Numbered from the stretch's first letter, positions 1 to 9,667 are shown. The stretch is DNA of 64,000 nucleotides from Solirubrobacteraceae bacterium (GCA_050996975.1 JBPCRJ010000166.1:3390-67389), one strand, 5' to 3'. The notes: a model not told the origin generated them from the letters alone. Translations and numbers: made by a program.

Positions 1-126
1 CACAAGCTCCTCACGGGCGCGAAGATCGCCATCCCCTTGCCAGCGCAGCCACAGCTCGTCAGTGCTCTGCTGACGGATCGCCGAAGGCGACCGAGCGGAA
101 CGCTCATGCGCGGTTGGCACTCGCAT
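1..126 (-). CDS. 5' part of a probable SigB/SigF/FliA-type sigma factor (runs off the left edge)
   Basis: Manual translation from ATG 126 gives MRVPTAHERSARSPSAIRQQSTDELWLRWQGDGDLRAREELV; 'LW..W...GD..AREELV' is typical of group 3 sigma N-termini. Only 42 codons are visible. Confidence 0.5.
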   Translation of the reverse strand, partial: MRVPTAHERSARSPSAIRQQSTDELWLRWQGDGDLRAREELV

Positions 127-291
127 CAAAGATCGGTTTACCCACGATCGCGCGGCTTTACTCATGCGCTCCGAACAAATCGACGCGGGCCGTTTAGCGA
201 CGGCCTGGTCGGCGGTCGCCGCCCTTGCACGCAAGCCCTGGACGCAAAGCGGCCGCCGCCGCCCGGGGCGGCTAGCGCGGCGCGCGCGCCG

Positions 292-1209
292 CTAGGTCAC
301 CGAGGTGTAGACGATCATCGCGGCGCCGAACAGGATGCAGTAGATCCCGAACGGCTTCAGGTTGCGCGACTTGAAGTATCGCGTCAGGAAGTGCACGGTC
401 AGCACCGCCGTGGCCGCCGCGAAGATCGCGGCGATGAAAGCCGCGCCGCGCACCCCGCCGGCCCCATGGGGACCGGTCAGATCGCCGACCTTGTAGATAC
501 CGGCGGCCAGGATCGGCGGGGTCGCGAGCAGGAACGCGTAGCGAGCGGCGTCGCTGTTGTCGAGCCCGCGGACGAGCCCCGCGGTCATGACCACCCCATC
601 GCGGCTGATCCCGGCGATCAACGCCGTCGACTGGGCCACGCCGATCACGCCCGCCTCGCGGTACTCGAGCGTGTCGAGCCGGCGCGCGCCACCCCGCTTG
701 GCGCCCTCCCGTACCGCCAGCGCGCGCACCTCGGCCCGGCGCCGGTAGCGCTCGGCCGAGAGCAGAATCACGCCGTTGACGATCAGGAAGATCGCCGCCG
801 CCAGCGGCTTGGCCAGCGCCGTGCGCACCGCGTGCTCGAGTAGCAGACCGAGGATCCCGACCGGAATCGTCGCCGCGATGATCAGCCACGCCAGGCGCTC
901 GGTCGGCGTCTCGATCCGCCGCTTGCCCAGCGTGGCGAAAAACGCGCCGATGATCGCGATCCAGTCGCGCCAGAAGTAGATCAGCAGTCCGACCGCGCTG
1001 CCGACGTGCAGCATCACGACGAAGGCAAGCCAGGGAGACTCGGGCTGGGACTGCCAGGCGACGATGTTGTGCCAGCCGAACAGGGTCGGAAACAGAACCG
1101 TATGCCCGAGGCTCGACACCGGAAAGAGCTCGGTCGCCCCCTGGAGCACGCCGAGAACGATCGCCTGAAAGGTGCTGATCAGGTTGTGGGTCGCTGCCAG
1201 CGCAAGCAC
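292..1209 (-). CDS. uppP: Undecaprenyl-diphosphate phosphatase
   Basis: Motifs LQGATELFPVSSLGH and GISRDG; multiple TM segments. Confidence 0.93.
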   Translation of the reverse strand: MLALAATHNLISTFQAIVLGVLQGATELFPVSSLGHTVLFPTLFGWHNIVAWQSQPESPWLAFVVMLHVGSAVGLLIYFWRDWIAIIGAFFATLGKRRIETPTERLAWLIIAATIPVGILGLLLEHAVRTALAKPLAAAIFLIVNGVILLSAERYRRRAEVRALAVREGAKRGGARRLDTLEYREAGVIGVAQSTALIAGISRDGVVMTAGLVRGLDNSDAARYAFLLATPPILAAGIYKVGDLTGPHGAGGVRGAAFIAAIFAAATAVLTVHFLTRYFKSRNLKPFGIYCILFGAAMIVYTSVT

Positions 1210-1230
1210 GACGCGAGACGGTACCTGTCT

Positions 1231-1659
1231 TTAGGTTTGGCAGGCCAGGTGACCCGCCTGCACCGCGAACTGCTCCGCCTCCGAGAGCTCGTGGCGGGTC
1301 CCGGCCGCCGTGTCGGGAAACGAGATCGTCCCGTCCTGCAGCTTGAGCGTGTAGCTGAACACGCTGCCGCGACTCGCCGCGACGGCGAGCCTGGCTTTCG
1401 CGTCCTTGTCGAGGTCGGTCGCCAGCGCGCGCGCCTGGATCAGCAGGTGGTCCGACAGCGGCTTGGCCTTCCCGGAGTTGCAGCGGATCGTCCCTCCGTC
1501 GCTGACCAGCAGCGCGAGCGGCTTACCTTGGCCCGAGCGGGTGAGCAGGAACAGGTCGGGTGAGCGGACGGCCAAGCCACAGCCGGCGGGCACCGCGCCG
1601 CAGAGCAGAAGCACCGCGACGCTCGCCTTCCCGCCCGGCCTTGCGCCGCTCAGCCTCAC
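1231..1659 (-). CDS. Hypothetical secreted/lipoprotein (~142 aa)
   Basis: GTG at 1659 overlaps the ggt stop; hydrophobic stretch followed by AGCG (lipobox-like). Confidence 0.55.
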   Translation of the reverse strand: MRLSGARPGGKASVAVLLLCGAVPAGCGLAVRSPDLFLLTRSGQGKPLALLVSDGGTIRCNSGKAKPLSDHLLIQARALATDLDKDAKARLAVAASRGSVFSYTLKLQDGTISFPDTAAGTRHELSEAEQFAVQAGHLACQT

Positions 1660-3227
1660 CCGTGGCCCTCCACCACGATCGCAGCGCCTCCGCGCCGCGG
1701 ATCTCCGCCACCGGAGAATCTGCCGGCACGGTCCCGCGCCACAGCTTGGACACCGCCGAAGAACAGGTTGGGCTCGCGAAAGCGGCCGATCGTGCGCCCG
1801 GCGCTCTGGAGCGCGCGCGTGTCGATCCCCGGCTCGGCGTACACGACTCCGTCTTCGAAGTGAACCCGCGGCGCCCGGACGGCAGCGCCGGCCTCCAGGC
1901 GATCGTCGATCGCGCGGATGATCGTCTGCAAGATCGCCGAGCGGATCCGGTTCGATCCGGCGCTTCCGAGCACCAGCTCTGGTTCGTTGCCCGCGCTGAG
2001 CACGATCGTGGGGGCCATCATGCTCGGCAGCCGCCGTCCCACCGGATGGCGATGAAAGCCCAGCGGGTTGAGATCCTGCTCGCCGAGCATGTTGTTCAGA
2101 TGTACGCCGGTGCCGGGGACGATCACACCGGAGCAGGACCCGTTCGAGCAGGTGGCCGAGCACGCCCAGCCGTCGCGGTCGAGCACCGCCACATGGGTCG
2201 TCGAGCCCAGCCGACCGCGCTGCCCCTGCCCCGATGTTCGGCCCTCGCCCGACCCAGTCACGTCTGGCCCCGGTCCTTCTTGACCGCGGAGAAATTGCTC
2301 GACGAACCGCGGGTCGTCCAAGCCCACGAGGAACTCCGACGTGCGTTCGTTCTGCGTGCGCTCCATCACCGAGACGACCCGCTCGATCGGCGGCGGTCCC
2401 TCGAAATCGCCCAGCAGAGCCAGTGCGCGGGCGATCAGGATCCCGCCTGCGGACGGTGGCGGATTGGTGAACACCTCACGGCCCCGGTAGGACACGCGTA
2501 CGGGCTCGCGGTCCAGGACCTCGTAGGACTCGAGGTCTGCCTCGGTCAGCATCCCGCCCCGCGCCATAACCCAGCCCGCGATCGCCGAGCCGATGTCCCC
2601 GGTGTAGAACGGTGCCGCGCCCTCCGCGCCGAGGCGTTCCAGAGCATCGGCGAGGTCAGGCTGCTCGAGCGTGTCGCCGGCTCGCAACAGATTGCCCTCG
2701 GGAGCGAACAGCGCGGAGGACGCGGGCGTGGCGGTGGCGATGTCGCCCAGGAGCTCGATCACGTAGGCCTGCTCGACACTCAACTCGACCCCATCGCGCG
2801 CGAGCGCGGCCGCCGGCCGAACCAGATCAGCTAACGGGATGCGCCCGAACCGTGCCGCCGCTGCACACAGACCCGCCGGCATCCCGTATACGCCGACGGA
2901 CGCGACGCCGATGTTGAACACCTGGACTGCGTCCCCGAACGAGACGCTGATCGGCACCAGGTCGCCCCGCGACGCCGGATCGGCGCCTTCACCCGGAGTC
3001 TGGACGAAGAAGTCGAGCAGCGCCGGAGCCCGGCCAGGCGGGACCACCAACATATATCCACCGGCCCCCAACCCGGTCAGCAGCGGCTCGCAGGCAAACG
3101 AGGCGAGCATCGCCCCGAGCGCCCCGTCGACGGCGTTGCCGCCCGCGCGCAGAACGTCCGCTCCCACCCGGGCGCTCAGCGGATGGCCCGCAGCGATAAC
3201 ACCGAGCTGGGATCGAGACGGGATCAA
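1656..3227 (-). CDS. ggt: Gamma-glutamyltransferase family protein
   Basis: GGNAVDGA, GLGAGG, catalytic STTHVAVLDRDG, LNNMLGE, PSMMAPT, GSAGS and DPRRGG motifs. Confidence 0.9.
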   Translation of the reverse strand: MIPSRSQLGVIAAGHPLSARVGADVLRAGGNAVDGALGAMLASFACEPLLTGLGAGGYMLVVPPGRAPALLDFFVQTPGEGADPASRGDLVPISVSFGDAVQVFNIGVASVGVYGMPAGLCAAAARFGRIPLADLVRPAAALARDGVELSVEQAYVIELLGDIATATPASSALFAPEGNLLRAGDTLEQPDLADALERLGAEGAAPFYTGDIGSAIAGWVMARGGMLTEADLESYEVLDREPVRVSYRGREVFTNPPPSAGGILIARALALLGDFEGPPPIERVVSVMERTQNERTSEFLVGLDDPRFVEQFLRGQEGPGPDVTGSGEGRTSGQGQRGRLGSTTHVAVLDRDGWACSATCSNGSCSGVIVPGTGVHLNNMLGEQDLNPLGFHRHPVGRRLPSMMAPTIVLSAGNEPELVLGSAGSNRIRSAILQTIIRAIDDRLEAGAAVRAPRVHFEDGVVYAEPGIDTRALQSAGRTIGRFREPNLFFGGVQAVARDRAGRFSGGGDPRRGGAAIVVEGHG

Positions 3228-3353
3228 TGCTGCGCTGGGGGTCTAGAACCAAGCATGACAAGCCGGTCGCCCCCGCCGGCCAAGCCGGTGCTCAGCAAAG
3301 CGTGCTGCGCGCACGAGCGACGATGACGCCGCCATACGCCGGTCAACGGACTG

Positions 3354-5171
3354 TCAGCGCCGCGGGATGAATTCCGGCACGTCCAACTCCAGCGGCTCCG
3401 CCGTCTGGCGCCGCCCGCGGCTGACCCGCGGCTCGCCGATCGGCTCGCGCAGCGAACTGCGCCGTTCTGGGTCGGCGCGAGGAGCGAGGGCCAGACGATC
3501 GCGGACGGGGTCGCGCCCCGGTTCGCTGCCTCGGGCACGAAGACGATCGCGAACCGGATCGCGGTCAGGTACGCGTTCCCGACCCTGGTCACGCAAGTGG
3601 CCGCGACCCTGATCGCGATCACGCCGCCGAGGTCGCCCATCGCCGTAGCCCGTCGCCACCACCGTCACCCACACCTGGTCGGTGAGCTTCTCGTCGACCA
3701 TCGCGCCGAAGATGATGTTCGCATCAGGGTGAGCGGCCTCCGCGACGGCCTTGGCGGACTCGTTGACCTCCCACAGCGAGAGATCGCGTCCGCCGGTGAT
3801 CGAGAGCAGAATCGAGTGGGCGCCCTCCATGCTGGTCTCCAGCAACGGCGATGCGACAGCCTGCTCGGCGGCGTCGATCGCTCGTCGCTCGCCGCTGCCC
3901 ATGCCGATTCCGAGCAGGGCGTTGCCGGCGTCAGACATGATCGTCCGCACATCCGCGAAGTCCAGGTTGATCAGCCCCGGCAACGTGACGAGGTCCGAAA
4001 TCCCCTGAACTCCCTGGCGCAGCACGTCGTCGGCGACGCGGAAGGCTTCGACCATCGACGTGTTGCGATCAAGCACGGAGAGCAGCCGGTTGTTGGGCAC
4101 GACGATCAGCGTGTCGACTTCCTCGGCGAGCGCGGCGATCCCCACCTCCGCCTGCTCACGGCGACGCGAGCCCTCGAATTGGAATGGCCGCGTGACGATT
4201 CCGACGGTCAGCGCGCCGAGCTCACGGGCAATCTGGGCGACGATCGGCGCGGCGCCGGTGCCCGTGCCGCCGCCGGCCCCGGCCGCGATGAAGACCATGT
4301 CAGAACCACGGAGCAGCGCCTTCACGCGATCGTATTCCTCGCGGGCGGCTTGGCGGCCGAGCTCTGGATTGGAGCCCGACCCGAGTCCGCGCGTGATCGC
4401 GTCCCCGATGTGGAGCGTCTCGTGCGCGGCGGACTGCTGCAGCGACTGCAGGTCGGTGTTGATGGCGAGGAACTCGACGCCCTCGATCTCGGCCTCGACC
4501 ATGCGATTGACGGCATTCACACCCGCACCGCCAACGCCGACCACGCGCAGCACCGGAGTGCCGAGCACCCGAGGAAGCGCGAAGCCGTCGGCGCTGCGAT
4601 CCGGACGCGCATAGACGTCCTCCACGGGGTCCGGGGCAAGGACGACGGGCTCCGGCTCCGAGGGCTGCCCGGGCCGATCGAGCAGGTTGATCGGGATGTC
4701 CGCCGAGAAGGCGTTGCGCAACCGCTCCTGCGGCGATGGAATGCTCGTTGGTTCAGGCTCGGACGCGTCGGCGTGCGACGGACGGCTGGTCAGCGCGTCG
4801 CGGTCCGGACCTCCCCGCGCGCCCCGATCCTCCCCGTCGAGATCGAGCCCACCGCGATCCTCCGCTCCGCGGTCGACGCGATCGCGCCCACCGCGATCCT
4901 CCGCGCCACGATCGCGCGCGGGGCGATCCTCCGCGCCACGATCGCGCCCACCGCGATCCTCGGCTCCCCTCGCGAGCGTGCCGCGATCCTCGCCCGCGCG
5001 CTCCACCCGATCGGGGGTCGGAGCGGGCTGGCTCACCTCGAGCTCCTGCGCGGAGTCCGCCTCGCGCTCAGCTCCCGAATCGGGGCTGGGAACCGAGGTG
5101 TCCTCGGTCGTCTTGCGGAACAGGGCCGCAAGCGGCCCTTCACGCATGCTCGCGCGCTTACCGGTTGGCAT
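3354..5171 (-). CDS. ftsZ: Cell division protein FtsZ with ~206-aa N-terminal extension and long R/D-rich C-terminal linker
   Basis: VVGVGGAGVNAVNRM, GGGTGTGAAP, INLDFADV and C-terminal LDVPEFIPRR. Start ATG 5171 chosen because the SD AAGGAGG (5181-5187) precedes it. Confidence 0.93.
   Translation of the reverse strand: MPTGKRASMREGPLAALFRKTTEDTSVPSPDSGAEREADSAQELEVSQPAPTPDRVERAGEDRGTLARGAEDRGGRDRGAEDRPARDRGAEDRGGRDRVDRGAEDRGGLDLDGEDRGARGGPDRDALTSRPSHADASEPEPTSIPSPQERLRNAFSADIPINLLDRPGQPSEPEPVVLAPDPVEDVYARPDRSADGFALPRVLGTPVLRVVGVGGAGVNAVNRMVEAEIEGVEFLAINTDLQSLQQSAAHETLHIGDAITRGLGSGSNPELGRQAAREEYDRVKALLRGSDMVFIAAGAGGGTGTGAAPIVAQIARELGALTVGIVTRPFQFEGSRRREQAEVGIAALAEEVDTLIVVPNNRLLSVLDRNTSMVEAFRVADDVLRQGVQGISDLVTLPGLINLDFADVRTIMSDAGNALLGIGMGSGERRAIDAAEQAVASPLLETSMEGAHSILLSITGGRDLSLWEVNESAKAVAEAAHPDANIIFGAMVDEKLTDQVWVTVVATGYGDGRPRRRDRDQGRGHLRDQGRERVPDRDPVRDRLRARGSEPGRDPVRDRLALAPRADPERRSSLREPIGEPRVSRGRRQTAEPLELDVPEFIPRR
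4822..5000. repeat. Coding tandem repeat, ~30-bp unit (RGAEDRGGRD-like), about 6 degenerate copies in the FtsZ N-terminal extension
   Basis: Recurring cgcgatcctccgcgccacgatcgcgc units. Confidence 0.85.
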
Positions 5172-5955
5172 TTGCAAGGACCTCCTTCGCGAGCTGCCTG
5201 TAGGCGTGTGCGGCCAGACCATCGGGATCGTACTTCAGTACGGACATCCCCTTCACCGGGGCCTCCGCAAAACGAACGGTCTTGCGAATCCGCGACGCGA
5301 ACACGCGATCCCCAAAGTTCTCCTCCAGCATCTCGATGGCCTCCTTGGCGTGAAGCGTCCGGGTGTCGACCAGCGTCGGCAGGATCCCCTCGATCTCGAT
5401 GTTGGGGTTCAGGTTCTCCCGGATCATCGCGAGGGTGTTCTGGAGCTGAGCCAGGCCGCGCATCGACAGATATTCGCACTGCACGGGGACGATCACCTTG
5501 TGCGCCGCCGCGAGGGCGTTGATCGTCAGCAGCCCGAGGCTGGGCGGCGTGTCGATGAACACGAAGTCATAGTCCTCGAGAACTTTCGCCAGTGCCTTCT
5601 CCAATGAGCGTTCACGACCGATCATCGTCGACATCGCGATCTCGGCGCCCGCGAGGTCGATCGAGGCACAGGCGACGTCGACTTCGCGCTTGTGGATCAC
5701 CTCGCGAATCGGGATGTGGTGCACGAGCACGTCGTACATCGACGTCGCGAGCGAGTCAGGATCGATTCCCTGCGACATCGTGAGGTTGCTCTGGGGGTCC
5801 ATGTCACAGCACAGCACGCGGTGGCCCTCCTCCGCGAACGCCACGGCGAGGTTGAGCGTGGTCGTAGTCTTGGCGACGCCGCCCTTCTGGTTGGCGAACG
5901 CGATCACCTTGCATGCGGGCGGCACGGTTGACTCCGATGGGTCGGGATAACTCAT
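5158..5955 (-). CDS. parA: ParA/Soj family ATPase (no adjacent parB)
   Basis: Deviant Walker A NQKGGVAKTTT, DMDPQSN, IDTPPSLG, PVQCEYL. Confidence 0.92.
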   Translation of the reverse strand: MSYPDPSESTVPPACKVIAFANQKGGVAKTTTTLNLAVAFAEEGHRVLCCDMDPQSNLTMSQGIDPDSLATSMYDVLVHHIPIREVIHKREVDVACASIDLAGAEIAMSTMIGRERSLEKALAKVLEDYDFVFIDTPPSLGLLTINALAAAHKVIVPVQCEYLSMRGLAQLQNTLAMIRENLNPNIEIEGILPTLVDTRTLHAKEAIEMLEENFGDRVFASRIRKTVRFAEAPVKGMSVLKYDPDGLAAHAYRQLAKEVLANANR

Positions 5956-6049
5956 ACGCGCCTGTATTCGCAGGCCACCGCGGAAATCCTCCGCGCGACT
6001 TCGATCCCCGTCCTGAGCTTGCGGCTCGGAGCCGAGTATTTTCCCGCCC

Positions 6050-7045
6050 GTGCCTGGCCTGCTCGATCACCGTCTGATCTTCGTAACCGGCAAGGGCGGC
6101 GTCGGCAAGTCGACGATCGCGCTCGCGCTCGGGCTGCTCAGCGCCCGCCGCGGTGTGCGCACGATCGTCGCCGAGCTCTCAAGCCAGCAGCGAGCTCAAC
6201 AGACGTTCGAGCGCGAGTCCGAGCCCTTCCGGGAGGTCGAGCTCACGCCCGGCTTGTTCACGATCTCGATCGATCCGCAGCACGCGATGGAGGAGTATCT
6301 GCGGGTCAAGACCGGCCACCTCGGCCAGGCACTCGGCGCGAGCAGGCTGTTCGGGGCCTTCACGATGGCAACCCCCGGGATGCGCGAGCTGCTGAGCGTA
6401 GGGAAGATCTGGGAGCTCGCGCAACTGGAGCGGCGGACCCGGGGGGCGGTACCCTATGGGCTGGTCATCGTCGACGCTCCCGCGAGCGGGCACGGGGTTG
6501 GCATCCTGCGCACACCACGTACGTTTGCCGAGATCGCGCGTGTGGGCCCGATTGCCCACCAGGGGCGCACGATCGCGGCCACGATCGCGGACCGTGACTT
6601 CACCGGCGTGGTCGCGGTCGCCACCGCAGAGGAGATGCCGGTCAACGAGACCCTATCGCTGCGCGACGCACTCGCACGAGAGGAGCTCGCGCTCGACGCG
6701 GTGATCGTCAACGCGCTGTATCCCTCGCGCTTTGGCGAGCAAGAGATCGCCGAGCTCGAAAGATCTCTGCGCCGGGCTGAGTCCCCGCTGACCAGCACCG
6801 CGCTCAGAGCGGCGCTGTCAGAGCACGCGCGCATGGCCGCGCAGCGTGAGCAGCAGCAGCGACTGGGCGAGCTCCTGGCCACGCCGCTGGTCGAACTGCC
6901 CTACCTGTTCGCCAAATCGATTGGTCCGGCGGAGCTCGAGTCGCTGGCGGACGCGCTCCAAGCGGGGCTGGCCGGACTTGTCCAGACCGCTCCCGCCGCG
7001 GCTGCGGTCGGAGAGCCAGCAGCCGCGGACGGTCTCATCCCGTGA
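6050..7045 (+). CDS. ArsA/Get3-family ATPase (first of a pair)
   Basis: VTGKGGVGKST, VDAPASGH, EEMPVNET motifs. Confidence 0.88.
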   Translation: MPGLLDHRLIFVTGKGGVGKSTIALALGLLSARRGVRTIVAELSSQQRAQQTFERESEPFREVELTPGLFTISIDPQHAMEEYLRVKTGHLGQALGASRLFGAFTMATPGMRELLSVGKIWELAQLERRTRGAVPYGLVIVDAPASGHGVGILRTPRTFAEIARVGPIAHQGRTIAATIADRDFTGVVAVATAEEMPVNETLSLRDALAREELALDAVIVNALYPSRFGEQEIAELERSLRRAESPLTSTALRAALSEHARMAAQREQQQRLGELLATPLVELPYLFAKSIGPAELESLADALQAGLAGLVQTAPAAAAVGEPAAADGLIP

Positions 7046-8187
7046 GCGTCGCAGAGCTGCTCGCGGGCAAGCGCGTGTGTGTCTGCGGCGGTTCGGGCGG
7101 GGTCGGAAAGACCACCACCTCCGCCGCGATGGCGCTCGGCATGGCCGCTCGCGGGGCCAAGGTTGCCCTCGTGACGATCGACCCGGCCAGGCGGCTCGCC
7201 AACGCGCTCGGCCTAGCGGAGCTGGAGAATGCGCCTCGGCGGATCGAGCCCGAGCGCCTCGCTTCCGGAGGCTTGGAGATCGAGGGCGAGTTGTGGGCGA
7301 TGATGCTCGACCCCAAACGGACATTCGACGAATTGATCGAGCGGATCGCGCCCAACCCGGCCCGCGCCCAGGCGATCAAGGCCAACCGCGTCTACCGTGA
7401 GCTGTCGACCGCCGTATCCGGCTCTCAGGAGTTCACCGCGATCGCCAAGCTGTATGAGCTCGAGCTCGACGGGGACTTCGATCTGCTCGTGCTTGACACG
7501 CCGCCGTCGCGCAACGCCCTTGACTTTCTCGATGCGCCGGGAAGGTTGACCTCCTTCCTGGAAGGCAGCGCGCTGAAGGCGTTCGTGCGCCCGACCGGTT
7601 TCGGGATGCGGGTGCTCGGACGGGGCGCGATGCCACTGCTGGGCGCGCTGCGCCGGATAACCGGCGTCGACCTGCTCGCCGACCTCTCGGCGTTCTTCGG
7701 GCTGCTCGGCGACATGACCGAGGATTTCAGCCATCGCGCGGCCGAGGTGGAAAAGATGCTCAAGGCCCCCACCACCGCGTTCGTGCTGGTCAGCACCGCG
7801 GAGCACGGACCGATCGAGGAGGCGATCTGGTTCCGACGCACGCTCGAACAGGGCGGCTTCCCGTTTGCCGGCATCGTGGTAAATCGCGTCCACCACGACA
7901 TGCTCGGCGCGGGCGAACCGGACGATGTAGCCGCCGCGCTCGAGCACGATCTCGGCTCGGAGCTGGCCGCGCGCGTGGCGGCGAACCTGCACGACTACCA
8001 CGTGCTAGCGCGACGGGACGACCGTACTATCGCCCGGCTCACGACCGAGCTCGGCGACCGGCCGGTGCTGCTCGTCCCCTACCTCGACGACGATGTCCAC
8101 GACGTCGATGGACTGTTGCGGATGCACCGCTACCTGTTCGCCTCCGACGCGGAGCACCGGCGGCTGATCGCGGACGTGGTGGCATGA
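7042..8187 (+). CDS. ArsA/Get3-family ATPase (second of a pair)
   Basis: CGGSGGVGKTT, TIDPARRLANALG, LDTPPSRNALDFLDAP; GTGA overlap with the previous gene. Confidence 0.88.
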   Translation: MSVAELLAGKRVCVCGGSGGVGKTTTSAAMALGMAARGAKVALVTIDPARRLANALGLAELENAPRRIEPERLASGGLEIEGELWAMMLDPKRTFDELIERIAPNPARAQAIKANRVYRELSTAVSGSQEFTAIAKLYELELDGDFDLLVLDTPPSRNALDFLDAPGRLTSFLEGSALKAFVRPTGFGMRVLGRGAMPLLGALRRITGVDLLADLSAFFGLLGDMTEDFSHRAAEVEKMLKAPTTAFVLVSTAEHGPIEEAIWFRRTLEQGGFPFAGIVVNRVHHDMLGAGEPDDVAAALEHDLGSELAARVAANLHDYHVLARRDDRTIARLTTELGDRPVLLVPYLDDDVHDVDGLLRMHRYLFASDAEHRRLIADVVA

Positions 8188-8324
8188 CCGAAGGGCTCGT
8201 CTCCGTACCAGTCCGGACGGAAGGCTGGGCACGCCCGGCGCCGACGCCTCCCACTCCTCCCCGCCTGGGAAAGGTAGGCGAGTGCGGTGCGACGATCGGG
8301 CCAGCCAACGAGCATAGTGTCGAG

Positions 8325-8984
8325 ATGGACTCGCTCGTTATGGCCCACTACCCGACCGCGGCGCTGCTGACCGTCGATACCCAGCTCGACACGCTCGCTG
8401 GCCAGCCGCTCGAGATCCCTGGGACCTCGGATGTGGTGCCCAACATCGCGATGCTGTGCCAAGCCTTCAGGGAAGTAGAACGACCGATCGTGCACCTCGT
8501 GCGCCTCTACCGCGGGGACGGCAGCAACGCCGAGCCGCTGCGGCGAGCTCTGGTCAGCGGTCCCGTTCCAGTGCTGCGGCCCGGTAGCCCAGGCCGACTT
8601 CTCGCACCCGGCCTCACGCCGGACGACGCCGGCGATCTCGATGACGAGCTGCTGCTCTCTGGTGGGGCCCAGGCTCTCGGTCAAACCGAGGTCGTCATGT
8701 ACAAGCCGCGTTGGGGCGCCTTCTTTGAGACGAGCCTTGACCAGCACCTACGGTCGGCCGGCGTCGACACAGTTGTCGTCGCCGGTTGCAACTTTCCGAA
8801 CTGTCCCCGCACCTCCATATACGAGGCGAGCGAGCGTGACTACCGAGTCGTCCTGGTCGACGACGCGGTCTCAGGCCTGTACGACGTGGGCCGCGGCGAA
8901 ATGCAGAACATCGGCGTGGCTGTGCTGTCCACCCTTGCGGTGCTCTCCGAAATCCAGCAGGTTGCCGGCACCGCCACGGCTTAA
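8325..8984 (+). CDS. Isochorismatase/cysteine hydrolase family protein
   Basis: ALLTVDTQ, YKPRWGAFF, VAGCNFPNCPRTS; start moved to ATG 8325. Confidence 0.85.
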   Translation: MDSLVMAHYPTAALLTVDTQLDTLAGQPLEIPGTSDVVPNIAMLCQAFREVERPIVHLVRLYRGDGSNAEPLRRALVSGPVPVLRPGSPGRLLAPGLTPDDAGDLDDELLLSGGAQALGQTEVVMYKPRWGAFFETSLDQHLRSAGVDTVVVAGCNFPNCPRTSIYEASERDYRVVLVDDAVSGLYDVGRGEMQNIGVAVLSTLAVLSEIQQVAGTATA

Positions 8985-9135
8985 CCGGCCTGCGGGGTCC
9001 CAGCCGATCCGTTTTCGGGGAGGCTTGGTACGGGTCTCGAACGTATGGGGGACCCGACGACGAGATCCTGGACGATTCCTAGCCGTGCTCGCTATCGTGT
9101 GGGTCACTTGTACGTAGACGATCCTGGAGCGAACG

Positions 9136-9255
9136 ATGGAGACCCACGGGATCAGAGAGCTGCAGCGTCGTCCGAGCGAGATCGTCGACGAGCTTGAGCG
9201 CTCGCGTCGGCCCGCGCTGGTTCGTTGGGTCAGGACCCTCAGCACACTGACATGA
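9136..9255 (+). pseudogene. Truncated Phd/YefM-type antitoxin remnant
   Basis: METHGIRELQRRPSEIVDELERSRRPALV resembles the Phd N-terminal DNA-binding segment, then diverges and stops at 39 aa; GGAG upstream; no toxin follows. Confidence 0.55.
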
Positions 9256-9640
9256 TTGGCGGCGGCGCCCGTCCCGGTGGCGGATCCTTGGGTTCTAGCG
9301 GTGGTCGCAACACCCACTGGCGAGGAGTTGGTAGCCCGGTGCCATGAGCGCCTGGAGGTCCGGCTGGTGGAGCACAGCGGCGTGCCCTACACCGACTACG
9401 CCCGACACGCCCGACAGCTGCTGCCCCGCTACCAGCGGCTCCTCGTTTCCGGCGACTCGCGCGGCGCCTTCGCGCGCTTCGTCCAGCAGTCCGGCCACGC
9501 ACCCGGTCCCGTCGTACGACCCCGATGAGAAAGCACCCGACGCCGCCGGCGCACACGTGCTCCGATTCCTCCAAGTCCCATGATCCCGTCTGGTAGAGCT
9601 TCGACACTTCCCACTACTGGATTCCCTCCGCGGCGAGGGC

Positions 9641-9667
9641 TGTCCCCTCGTTGGGTTCTCGTTCGTT
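9641..9667 (+). promoter_or_regulatory. Putative ECF42-type promoter TGTCCC-N17-CGTT upstream of the DGPF gene
   Basis: Same motif and spacing recur at 10230-10256; resembles the reported ECF42 TGTCGA/CG(A/T)C consensus. Confidence 0.5.

Noticed and set aside
130-180. SigB-type promoter for the edge sigma gene
   Set aside because: GGGTAA is present on the minus strand but there is no GTTT -35 at the proper spacing.
3597-5522. 641-aa plus-strand ORF
   Set aside because: Antisense shadow of ftsZ/parA, typical of high-GC DNA.
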